This document shows positions 9,801 through 17,158 of a stretch of DNA of 44,783 nt, in pieces. Numbering within the stretch: position 1 is the stretch's first letter; each line of letters begins with the position of its first letter. The stretch spans positions 1 to 44,783 of the forward strand of contig JAICVI010000003.1 of assembly GCA_025935415.1 (NCBI GenBank), read 5' to 3'. The notes beneath the pieces were generated by a model. That model had not been told where the DNA came from. It saw nothing but the letters and a program-made list of their open reading frames with translations, and did not search any database. The translations under genes were made by a program, and so were the position numbers. Source of the DNA: Chloroflexota bacterium. Lineage in GTDB: Bacteria > Chloroflexota > Limnocylindria > Limnocylindrales > CSP1-4.

Positions 9801-11813
9801 AGGGAGCTTCGGGGCCTGCTTCCAGGGCGGGACCTTGCCAACGAGGGGCATGCGCTTGTTGGCCTGGCCGAGCCCGTCGACGAGCTCGGCACCGACGGGC
9901 GCGGGCGACGAGTCGGCGAGCCGCCGAGCGTCCTCCGGGCGCGCGATGCGGCCGTTCCCCGCTTCGTCCGCGCCGGCGGTTCGAACCCGGCCGCCGCGAG
10001 CGTGGTTGAGCTGTCCCATGCCGTCGACGAGCCCGCGAGCGGCGGCCTCGGACGCAGCGGCCCGGACCGCGTCCCCGGCGACCGCGGCGGCATCGGCGAT
10101 CGCGACCCCATCGCCCTCGCCCGGCCGGCGGAAGAACTCGGCGAAGCCGCCGTCGGCCTCGAGGTCGCGCCGAACCATCACGGAGTCATAGGTCTCGAGC
10201 GCCTTGGCCACGCGATCCACCAGCGGCCGTGGGAAGCCGAGTGCATAGCCGACCTCCCGGACCGCCGATCGGGCCCGGTAGGTCACGAGGTTGCAGACCA
10301 TCCCGGTGTGCTCGGGGCCGTAGCGGTTGTAGATGTACTGGATGACCTCCTCGCGGCGCTCGGACGAGAAGTCGATGTCGACGTCCGGGTAGGTCGTGCG
10401 GCCCTCGTTGATGAAGCGCTCGAACAGGAGGTTGTGGGCGATCGGCTCCACCCGGCTGATCCCGAGCGTGTACGACACGATCGAGCTCGTCGCGCTGCCA
10501 CGGCCCTGCGCCGGGATGCCCTGGTCCTTCGCGAATCGCATCAGGTCCCAGCAGATCAGGAAGAACTCGGCGAGCCCCGCCCGCTCGATGACCCCGAGCT
10601 CGTGCGCCAGACGCTGCATGACCTCCGCGGTCAAGGGGTGATAGCGGCGCCGGGCGCCCTCCCAGCAGAGCGAGGACAGGTACGAGAACGGCGTCTCGCC
10701 GTTCGGGACCGGGAAGCCCGGGAAGCGGTACTGCTCGAACCCGAGGTCGACGGTGCACGATGCGGCGATCTCGCCGGACCTGGCGATGCCCTCGGCCCAG
10801 GCGCGAGCCACGCGATTACCGGGGACGGTCGACTCGATCGGGACGGTCGCCTCGATCGGGCCGATCGCGACACCCGGCGGCAGCGCGGCCAGCTCGGCGG
10901 CCGACTTCAGGTACGACTCCGAGTCGGGGCGGCGGAGCGAGCCCAGCGTCTCGAGCGTCCGGCCATGGAAGATCCCGGTGAGGACGTCGTGGAGCTCGCG
11001 GTCCTCCGGACGGGCGTAGTGGACGTCGTTCGTGACGACGACCGGGAGGCCGAGGTCGTCGGCGAGGGCCACGTGCTCGGCGACGAGCCAGTCGTCGTCG
11101 GGGAGCAGGTGGTGGGAGAGCTCGATGTCGAGCGTGCCGTAGGTACGCGCAAGGCGCGTGGCCGCGACCCTCGCCCCCTCGCGATCCCCGACGAGCAGGC
11201 GCCGCGCGACCTCGCCTTCGCGGCCGCCCGAGAGGGCGATGAGGCCCTCGCTGTGCTGCTCGAGCAGCGCCTGGGTGAACCGCGGCACGCGCTTGGTCCC
11301 GTCGAGATTCGCGCGGGAGACGAGCCGGCACAGGCTCCGGTAGCCACTGGCGTCGCGTGCCAGCAGGACGAGGTGCGGGCCACGCTGCCGCTCCCCGATG
11401 CCCCGCAGGTCCTCCTTCACCGTGGCGCGATGGCCCGGCAGGCGGGCACGTTCCGGGCGCGGGCGGGAAGGCAGGCCCTCGCTCGCGAGCGGCAGCTCGA
11501 GGCTCGCACCTCCCTGCCCCCGCCGGGTTCGCGGCCGGCGCCGCGCCGGGACCACGATGCCGCCCGGGTCGGGAGCGGCCGCGTCCTGGAGCTCGATCTC
11601 GATCCCGATGACAGGACGCACCCCGACCGCCGCCGCGGCGGTGGCAAAGCGCACCACGCCGTAGAGCCCGTCGTGGTCCGTGACGGCCAGCCCGGAGAGG
11701 CCCAGCTCGGCCGCCCGCTCGACCATGTCCTCGACCGGCGAGGCCCCGTGCAGGAACGAGAAGTTGGAGTGGCTGTGGAGCTCGGCGTAGGCAGGTGGTG
11801 TGGTCGATGGCAT
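6873..11813 (-). CDS. dnaE2: Error-prone DNA polymerase DnaE2 (ImuC), 1646 aa with large insertions
   Basis: YAELHSHSNFSFL PHP start, GRGSA, LLFERF, PDVDIDF, GFPRHLSIHSGG, KLDLLGL, GVFQVESRAQ, FAKSHAAAFA, NAQPMGFY, TAKGTVFLALEDETG; LexA box upstream; near imuA/imuB. Confidence 0.95.
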   Translation of the reverse strand: MPSTTPPAYAELHSHSNFSFLHGASPVEDMVERAAELGLSGLAVTDHDGLYGVVRFATAAAAVGVRPVIGIEIELQDAAAPDPGGIVVPARRRPRTRRGQGGASLELPLASEGLPSRPRPERARLPGHRATVKEDLRGIGERQRGPHLVLLARDASGYRSLCRLVSRANLDGTKRVPRFTQALLEQHSEGLIALSGGREGEVARRLLVGDREGARVAATRLARTYGTLDIELSHHLLPDDDWLVAEHVALADDLGLPVVVTNDVHYARPEDRELHDVLTGIFHGRTLETLGSLRRPDSESYLKSAAELAALPPGVAIGPIEATVPIESTVPGNRVARAWAEGIARSGEIAASCTVDLGFEQYRFPGFPVPNGETPFSYLSSLCWEGARRRYHPLTAEVMQRLAHELGVIERAGLAEFFLICWDLMRFAKDQGIPAQGRGSATSSIVSYTLGISRVEPIAHNLLFERFINEGRTTYPDVDIDFSSERREEVIQYIYNRYGPEHTGMVCNLVTYRARSAVREVGYALGFPRPLVDRVAKALETYDSVMVRRDLEADGGFAEFFRRPGEGDGVAIADAAAVAGDAVRAAASEAAARGLVDGMGQLNHARGGRVRTAGADEAGNGRIARPEDARRLADSSPAPVGAELVDGLGQANKRMPLVGKVPPWKQAPKLPDPHAPRPFAWLGEATAKESADGSSADASSADASSADGSSADASVVGRSPAGASVVGRSPAGAGMFQMFPAGTSATGGRPTGGFDADAEPPFVPAQACDGTDPVIESSTTASGEAAPASNVPPRNIWHERAPLALVGPSSSGMWEEAPESPPAIRPGGRGDDEGGPGDTPASVAWLRAGRGTGYQRGGAGGWRGTSAADGTSAADGTSAADGTSAADGTSGQQVADLEVAPALVEGRRIDPESGMPETEPRRTDQSTDRLGRPYYWPQPDSIRGGIGVDRVGRADPHSSVARIEPEPPAQTRGGSTKGMSDWERWLEFCARIDGFPRHLSIHSGGMLVTAAPLIDIAPLERATMQDRVVVQFDKRDVEELKLIKLDLLGLGMLAAIDETVQLIEHDCGACVVLDSIPEQVPEVFEMLQAADTVGVFQVESRAQMQTLPKSKPSSLDDLVVEVAIIRPGPIQGNAVHPYLRRKQGLEPVEYLHPSLEPVLRDSMGVILYQEQVMRIAIEVAGFSPAESDGFRRAMGTWRSNREMEKLHQRFFDGCMRQPGMTAEVAEELFRQVSAFASFGFAKSHAAAFARTAYESSFLKLFYPAQFLVGLINAQPMGFYPVEVLVNDAKRHGVAVLPVDLNASTYKTTTEWVGRPGWAIGDGSGEGEPLPEGCGIDERPVPVASSACVVPSRISREQWAAESATGWGVRLGLQLVKGIGEQHEELLDRELERGPYVSLADVVERTGLPEETIERLIRTGALDSLGRPRRELLWQLREVAGTVRGRGFSSTTTSRRVASEASVRATRSVAGKRSPAAGRPMDLRLPATEAPNLPAITESERLGDAYAVVGLDARRQVVGLFREALDRLGAVPNGALADRRPGKVRLGGLVVTRQHPMTAKGTVFLALEDETGMVNVTLWPDTWARLRGVVRRHALLLVDGELQRESNVVNVVAHEIVPLTTVAERAGGPESPTGVRQLGHAGMRRLG
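9143..9224. repeat. 18-bp tandem repeat x4.5 inside the dnaE2 insertion (encodes GTSAAD)
   Basis: CGCTCGTTCCATCAGCCG at 9143, 9161, 9179 and 9197, plus a partial copy. Confidence 0.95.
9615..9740. repeat. 30-bp x2 plus 15-bp x4 tandem repeats inside the dnaE2 insertion
   Basis: GGCGCCCGCGGGGCTCCTCCCCACGACGCT x2, then G(G/C)CGTCCGCGGAGCT x4; encodes SSAD(A/G) and SVVGRSPAGA repeats. Confidence 0.9.
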
Positions 11814-11877
11814 GGCGCCCGTCCCGCGGATTCCAGGGGCTGAGGGGGTCTGAAAGGGAGCTGGAGGGCTGGTAACT

Positions 11878-11895
11878 ATAGAACAAATGTTCTAT
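11878..11895. promoter_or_regulatory. LexA (SOS) box upstream of dnaE2
   Basis: ATAGAAC-AAAT-GTTCTAT palindrome (GAAC-N4-GTTC) abutting a minus-strand TATAGT -10 (11875-11880). Confidence 0.9.
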
Positions 11896-11940
11896 CCTGC
11901 GACCACGCAACAGATTGCCGGGTCGTGGCGTCTGAAGCGC

Positions 11941-12060
11941 GTGGAAGTCGACCAGCGCAGTTGGGCCGCCGTCTTGACGAGGACAGTCGTGATGCTGAGC
12001 GTCGCGATCCTCCTCATCCTCGTCCTCCTCCCGGCGGCCCTCGCAGCGAGCAGTCGATAG
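11941..12060 (+). CDS. Putative 39-aa single-TM small protein
   Basis: Not in the ORF track. GTG...TAG encodes MEVDQRSWAAVLTRTVVMLSVAILLILVLLPAALAASSR, one clean hydrophobic helix, GC-rich third positions. No clear RBS. Confidence 0.5.
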   Translation: MEVDQRSWAAVLTRTVVMLSVAILLILVLLPAALAASSR

Positions 12061-12223
12061 CCACAGGGGAACCGGGGCGTCACCCGGAACCCGGCGAGGG
12101 CGGGCGCAAGCCAGCCATCGACCGATCGACTGCCTGGTGAGCGGGCAGCTGATCGAAGGCCAGGGACCCCGTCGCTTCTGGGGGCGACGGGGTCCCGGCA
12201 TGTCCGGCCCTACCATCGGCCGC

Positions 12224-12745
12224 GTGGATCGCCTTCGGGCCGGGGTGCTGCTGACGATCGTCCTCGTGGCGGGCTGCTCGTCCCCTGCCACGACCAAGCC
12301 GCCAGGCGCGACCTTCGCCGGTGCGACGTCGACCCCGGCTGCCGTCGCCCCGAGCCTCGACATCGAGCAGCCCGGACTCACCCCATCGACCGGCCAGACG
12401 GACACCGACTGGGGGTCGATCTGGAACGACCTCCCGCCGGGCTTCCCGCTGCCGCCGGGCGGCGAGCCCCTCGAGTCCGGCGCGGGGCCCGTCACTGCCG
12501 CCTGGACGATCGCGTCGGGCGCAGCCGCAGACCCGCTCGCGGTCGCGCAGCGCTACGTCGATGCCTTCTCCGCGGCGGGCTATGGCGGCGGGCGCGACGG
12601 CCCGCTCGAGGATGGTTCGTACACCGCGTGGGCATCGAGCGGCTACGGCTGCGACATGCTGGTCACGGCGATGCCGCGTGGCGAGGACACGCTCGTGACC
12701 GTGCTCTACGGCGCGGGCTGCCCGTTCAGCTGGCCGGAGCCCTGA
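12224..12745 (+). CDS. Hypothetical lipoprotein
   Basis: GTG 12224 lies 7 nt after TACCAT and gives MDRLRAGVLLTIVLVAG-C with a lipobox, then a P/T linker and a small domain with two Cys. Confidence 0.75.
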   Translation: MDRLRAGVLLTIVLVAGCSSPATTKPPGATFAGATSTPAAVAPSLDIEQPGLTPSTGQTDTDWGSIWNDLPPGFPLPPGGEPLESGAGPVTAAWTIASGAAADPLAVAQRYVDAFSAAGYGGGRDGPLEDGSYTAWASSGYGCDMLVTAMPRGEDTLVTVLYGAGCPFSWPEP

Positions 12746-12759
12746 GGGGAGCGAGCGCC

Positions 12760-13002
12760 TCAGTCGTAGAGGCGCTCGAGGTGCCACGAGCCGGTGGTCC
12801 GGTCGCAGTAGATGAGGGCCAGCCAACGCTCGCCGACGACCTTGTAGTAATCCCGGGCGATCGGCTCTCGCCACCAGGACTCCTCGACCCGCCAGCGATT
12901 GCAGACCTCGACCCGCTCGCGGCGGCCGTTCCAGGCCATCACGAGGTTGCCGTCGTCGAACTCCACGGAGATCTCCGGGTGGGCGCGGAGCAGGCGGGTC
13001 AC
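12760..13002 (-). CDS. Stand-alone ImuB C-terminal-like protein (DUF6504-like)
   Basis: WRVEESWW...RDYYKV...LIYCDR...WHLERLYD resembles the ImuB C-terminal WW...RDY...W pattern; GTGA overlap with the imuB stop. Confidence 0.75.
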   Translation of the reverse strand: MTRLLRAHPEISVEFDDGNLVMAWNGRRERVEVCNRWRVEESWWREPIARDYYKVVGERWLALIYCDRTTGSWHLERLYD

Positions 13003-14288
13003 CGCGTGGCTCCGGGGCCCGTGACGGTCGCGGCACGGGAGCGAGATTCGGCGCTCACGTCACGGAAGGCCCAGCGATGCTCGGGCAGGGGCGCCTCGGG
13101 ATCGAGGACCTCGATCCGCCGGATCTTCTCGTCGCCGTAGGTCAGGGCGAGGCGCGCGAGCTGCCACGCGAGCCGCGCGCCGTGGAGGGCCTGGGGCACG
13201 AACAGCGGCAGCTGCTGGCCGACCGCCGGTGTCGCGCCGGAGAGCTCCAGCTCCAGCCGGGTGACGGCGGCAGGCGGCGGGGTTCGCTCGAGCTTGGCGA
13301 GGAGCAGGCGCTCGATGGCCTCGGCGTCGGCGGTCGGCTCGGGGAAACGGGTCTCGACGGCGAGCTGGTCCGGCGTGCCCGCGCGCGCGAAGGCGAGGTC
13401 CAGCTCCAGCCGGAGGCGGCCCTGCTCCGCCGCAAGGCCCCGTGCGGCGAGGCTCGCACCGAGGGCCACGGCAAGCCGGCGGAGCACGAACCGGATCGCC
13501 TCCAGCTCGGCGACGGCGGGCTCGATGGGCAGGCCCAGGACGAGGCGCTCCGGCGCGCGGCGGGGCCGGAATGGCTCCAGCTCCTCGCCACGGGAGCGAG
13601 ACCCGATCCTCCGGCCCTCCTCGCCGAACCGTGCCACCAGCGCCGAAGCGGCCAGCTCCGCGACCTGGCCGATCTCTCGCAGCCCGAACCGGCGCAGCCG
13701 GGCGCGGACGTCCGGCTCGGCCGAGAGCAGCGACGCTGGAAGGGGAGCGAGGAATCTCGCTTCCGCACCCGGCGGCACGGAGATGAGCTCCCCCGGCTTC
13801 GCGGCGAGGGCCGCCACGGTCGCCGCGAAGCGGGTGCCGGCGATCCCTGCGCGCGGCCGGCCGGCGAGCGGCTCCTCGAGCGCCGCGCCGATGCGCCCGG
13901 CCATGACCGGCTCGGGACCCCAGAGGCCCTCGAGCCCGTCGACCTGGGCCTCCAGCAGCCCGAATGAAACGTCGGTCGGATCGGACGTGCCGGCGACCGC
14001 CGGGCTGAACCCGGCGAGCCGCTCGAAGGCCGCCTCGAGCTCGTCCCGATCAGCCTCGGGCTGCGGGTCGAAGAAGGTCGCCTCGGGTGCCAGCCGATGG
14101 GCCGACCCGAGCGGCATCCCGCGCCGGACGCCGAGCGCCCGCGCGGCGGGGTCCGCGTCGAGCACGGTCCCGGTCGACCACGGCTTCCCGCCGAGCACCA
14201 CCGGCCCCGCCGGCCACGAGCCGGAGGGCAGGCGTCGCCGCGCGAGATCGAGGAGGAGATGTTGGCGATGGAGATGAAGGAGTCGCAT
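12999..14288 (-). CDS. imuB: ImuB, inactive Y-family polymerase-like mutasome scaffold
   Basis: ARALGVRRGMPL, FSPAV, GLEGLWG, RFLAPLP, FGLREIG, LVARFG; beta-clamp motif QLPLF; follows imuA. Confidence 0.88.
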   Translation of the reverse strand: MRLLHLHRQHLLLDLARRRLPSGSWPAGPVVLGGKPWSTGTVLDADPAARALGVRRGMPLGSAHRLAPEATFFDPQPEADRDELEAAFERLAGFSPAVAGTSDPTDVSFGLLEAQVDGLEGLWGPEPVMAGRIGAALEEPLAGRPRAGIAGTRFAATVAALAAKPGELISVPPGAEARFLAPLPASLLSAEPDVRARLRRFGLREIGQVAELAASALVARFGEEGRRIGSRSRGEELEPFRPRRAPERLVLGLPIEPAVAELEAIRFVLRRLAVALGASLAARGLAAEQGRLRLELDLAFARAGTPDQLAVETRFPEPTADAEAIERLLLAKLERTPPPAAVTRLELELSGATPAVGQQLPLFVPQALHGARLAWQLARLALTYGDEKIRRIEVLDPEAPLPEHRWAFRDVSAESRSRAATVTGPGATR

Positions 14289-14378
14289 CGATCGTTTTCC
14301 CGGGCACTGGGACAACGGGGGCTGGGGCGGTTGGTTGATCTCGCCGTTTCGCTGCGTTGCGACCGTCGTCGGGCTTGT

Positions 14379-15473
14379 TCACGTACGCGACGTACGCTCG
14401 CGCGCCCGTCTCGGCCGCGCCTTGCGCGCCCGTCTCGCCGCGCCTTGCGCTCCAGCCAGCTGAACCAACCGCGGTTCCGACGTGGCCTCGGCGAGGAGCT
14501 CGGGGTGGCGGAGGCAGGCGTCGCGCTCTCCGCCGTCGGCGTAGAGGATCCGCAGCGTCGCCCGCCGCCCTGGTGGGCCGGCGCGATTGCGCGCGACGAC
14601 CACCTCCGTTCTCTGGCCGACGACGTCTCGACCGAGCCGGATCCACGACCGACGCGAGAGCTCGAGGCGGATCCCGGTCGCCTCGCCGATCGCGCCATCG
14701 AGGCTCCCGGAGCGTCCGCTCGGTGGCTCCAGCACGACGAGGCTGATCCCGGCTCGCCGCGCGAGCGCCGCAAGCCGTCCGAGTCGATCGCCGAATCTCG
14801 CCCCCGTGACGCTGGTCTCCTTGCCACTGCTCGCCTTGCCGCTGCGCTCCTTGCCGCTGCTCGCCTTGCCGCTGCTCGCCTTGCCGCTGCTCGCCTTGGC
14901 GCGACGCGCCTCGATGGGCAGGTCGATGACCAGCAGGTCCACGGCGCGTCCCGCGAGCAGCGCGCCGGCGATGGCGAGCCCTTCCTCCGGGTCCGCCGGC
15001 GTCAGCACGACCAGCCACTCCGGCTTGACGCCGCGCGCCACCGCCTCGACCGGATCGAGCGCCGCCGCGAGGTCGAGCCACGCGACGATCGAGCCCGCCG
15101 CCTGGGCGGCCGCGACCAACCGCAGCGCCAGCGTGGTCCGCCCGCTCGAGACCTCGCCGCGGACCGCGAGCCCCATGCCGCGAGGCAGGCCACCGGGGCC
15201 GAGGATCGCATCGAGCTCGGCGAAGCCGGTCGAATGCACCCGATCGTGATCGATCGACCGGTCGATCGCAGGGCTGCCCGCGGGGCCGCGCTCCGGATCC
15301 GCATCCGGGCTTTCAACCGGCACCGTCGCGAGCGCGCCGATCACCTCGCCGGCAAATCGATCGCCCGCGAACCGGCTCGATCCCCGCTCGCCTGTGAACC
15401 CGGGCGCCGCCGCACCCCAGCGCGAGCGAAGGGTCGCCAGCGCGGCGGTGAGGTCGGGAGAGGGAGCAGCCAT
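14379..15473 (-). CDS. imuA: ImuA, RecA-like mutasome accessory protein
   Basis: STGFAELDAILGPGGLPRG, degenerate Walker A GEVSSGRTT, AWLD, LLVID; LexA box directly upstream; precedes imuB. Confidence 0.85.
   Translation of the reverse strand: MAAPSPDLTAALATLRSRWGAAAPGFTGERGSSRFAGDRFAGEVIGALATVPVESPDADPERGPAGSPAIDRSIDHDRVHSTGFAELDAILGPGGLPRGMGLAVRGEVSSGRTTLALRLVAAAQAAGSIVAWLDLAAALDPVEAVARGVKPEWLVVLTPADPEEGLAIAGALLAGRAVDLLVIDLPIEARRAKASSGKASSGKASSGKERSGKASSGKETSVTGARFGDRLGRLAALARRAGISLVVLEPPSGRSGSLDGAIGEATGIRLELSRRSWIRLGRDVVGQRTEVVVARNRAGPPGRRATLRILYADGGERDACLRHPELLAEATSEPRLVQLAGAQGAARRARKARPRRARERTSRT
14820..14894. repeat. 15-bp tandem repeat x5 in imuA (ASSGK)
   Basis: CTTGCCGCTGCTCGC-like units at 14820, 14835, 14850, 14865 and 14880. 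Confidence 0.92.
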
Positions 15474-15483
15474 ACCTGCAGTA

Positions 15484-15499
15484 TCGAACAGATGTTCGA
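15484..15499. promoter_or_regulatory. LexA (SOS) box within the imuA promoter
   Basis: TCGAAC-AGAT-GTTCGA lies between minus-strand TTGATT and GATACT (17-nt spacer); the ATG is 6 nt after the -10. Confidence 0.92.
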
Positions 15500-15789
15500 A
15501 TGAATCAAGACCCCGGTGCCTTCTCGGAGCGCTGTGCTCTCCTCACCCCGGCCACTCCCGTCCGATTCCGTCAAATCACCACCCCATGACCCTTCGCCAC
15601 CGAATCGCTGCCAGAACCTTCGCTCCATGACCACATGACAACAACCACGTCCAGCCCCACGCTCAACTCGCCGCGGGAGCGCTGACCAACAGTCACGGGA
15701 TGGAGATCTGACAGATTCCGCGGGCCAGCCGTCCAGAGGAAGCGTCGCGGGTGGCGCGCCATGACTCTGACGAGACGCGCGCCCCAGCC

Positions 15790-15877
15790 GGGCCGGAGGC
15801 AAGGCCGGGGCCCGGGCCGGAGGCAAGGCCGGGGCCGGAGGCAAGGCCGGGGCCTGGGCCGGAGGCAAGCCAGGGCC
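15790..15877. repeat. Intergenic GGGCCGGAGGCAAG repeat x4
   Basis: Copies at 15790, 15814, 15832 and 15856 (24/18/24-bp spacing). Confidence 0.85.
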
Positions 15878-15966
15878 AGACGCGACACCCGGATGCAGCC
15901 CCCAGAGGTCCGCCGACCCGGTGGTAGACTCCGGAACCGCTCGGGGCCACGCTCCGACGCGCCCGT

Positions 15967-16042
15967 GGGGATGTAGCTCAGCTGGGAGAGCACCGCGTTC
16001 GCATCGCGGGGGTCAGGGGTTCGAGTCCCCTCATCTCCACCA
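15967..16042 (+). tRNA. tRNA-Ala(CGC)
   Basis: GGGGATG...CATCTCC-ACCA, 76 nt, anticodon arm CCGCG-TT-CGC-AT-CGCGG, GTTCGA T-loop, G3:U70; TGG-TAGACT extended -10 upstream. Confidence 0.97.
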
Positions 16043-16137
16043 CTGCCCCACCCGTGACCTTCGTACCGTTGCCCTGAGGCCCCACGCCGTCGACCCTTCC
16101 GGGTGCGGGGACTTCCCGCGCTGTCGGGAGGCCGCCC

Positions 16138-17154
16138 ATGCCCCAGGGCCTCGATCAGGATCTCGTCCTCGTCGCCGAGGACGACGCCTCCAACCGCGCC
16201 CTGCTCTCGCGCCTCCTGGAGCGCGCCGGCTACCGCTCCATCTCCGTCGCCGATGGCCGGGACGCGATCAAGGCCGCGGTGGACGAGGCGCCGAACCTGG
16301 TCCTCCTCGATGTCGGCCTGCCGGGCCTCAACGGGCTCGATGTCTGTCGCCGCCTCCGCGCCGACCCTCGCACCGTCGCCCTCCCGATCATCCTCGTCAC
16401 CGGCCAGACCGCGTCACGTGACGTCGTCGCCGGGCTCGATGCCGGCGCCGACGACTTCGTCCGCAAGCCCTACGACGAGGCCGAGCTGATGGCCCGCATC
16501 CGCAGCGTCATGCGCCTCGCGCGCGTGACCGCCGAGATGGTCGGTGCGCATGGCGTCATCGCCGCGCTCGCGAATGCCGTCGAGGCAAAGGACGCCTCCA
16601 CGGAGCTGCACTGCCAGCGCCTTGCCGGGCTCGCCCACCAGCTGGGCATGTCCGCCGGCCTCGAGCCGGCCAGCCTGAAGGGGCTCGTGTTCGGCGCCCT
16701 CCTGCACGACATCGGCAAGATCGGCGTTTCGGACGCGATCCTCAACAAGCCCGGGCCGCTGAGCCGCGAGGAGTGGGCCGAGATGCGCCTCCATCCGCTC
16801 ATCGGCGAGCGCATCTGCGAACCCCTCGCGACCGCGTCGCAGTTCTCATCGATCGTTCGGCACCACCACGAGCGCTGGGACGGCGCCGGCTATCCGGACG
16901 GGCTCCGAGGCGAGCGAATCCCCATGGGCGCGCGGATCGTCGGGCTCGTCGATGCGTTCGACGCGATCATCCACGAGCGGCCCTACCGCCCCGCACGATC
17001 GGTCGAGGAAGGCGTCGAGGAGCTGAAGCGCGAGGCCGGCTCGCAGTTCGACCCCGACCTGGTCCGGCTGTTCCTGCCGATGGTCGAGCAGGAGCACCAG
17101 GAGATCCGCACCCCGGCCGTCCGGGCCCTCGAGGCGCTGCGCGCAGCGGTCTGA
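16138..17154 (+). CDS. Response regulator with HD-GYP c-di-GMP phosphodiesterase domain (RpfG-like)
   Basis: REC motifs (VAEDD, LLDVGLP, GADDFVRKP) plus LLHDIGKIG, HHHERWDGAGYP and RPYR. Confidence 0.93.
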   Translation: MPQGLDQDLVLVAEDDASNRALLSRLLERAGYRSISVADGRDAIKAAVDEAPNLVLLDVGLPGLNGLDVCRRLRADPRTVALPIILVTGQTASRDVVAGLDAGADDFVRKPYDEAELMARIRSVMRLARVTAEMVGAHGVIAALANAVEAKDASTELHCQRLAGLAHQLGMSAGLEPASLKGLVFGALLHDIGKIGVSDAILNKPGPLSREEWAEMRLHPLIGERICEPLATASQFSSIVRHHHERWDGAGYPDGLRGERIPMGARIVGLVDAFDAIIHERPYRPARSVEEGVEELKREAGSQFDPDLVRLFLPMVEQEHQEIRTPAVRALEALRAAV

Positions 17155-17158
17155 CGAG

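Noticed and set aside
8880-10130. Intein in DnaE2
   Set aside because: No C/S-start with HN-C/S/T end and no LAGLIDADG block; the composition is low-complexity.
14379-15473. Functional recA
   Set aside because: Walker A lacks the Lys (SSGRTT), RecA signature loops are absent, and the context is imuA-imuB.
15790-15877. Mini CRISPR array
   Set aside because: Repeats are 14 bp, gaps are 4-10 bp and not unique, and there are no cas genes.
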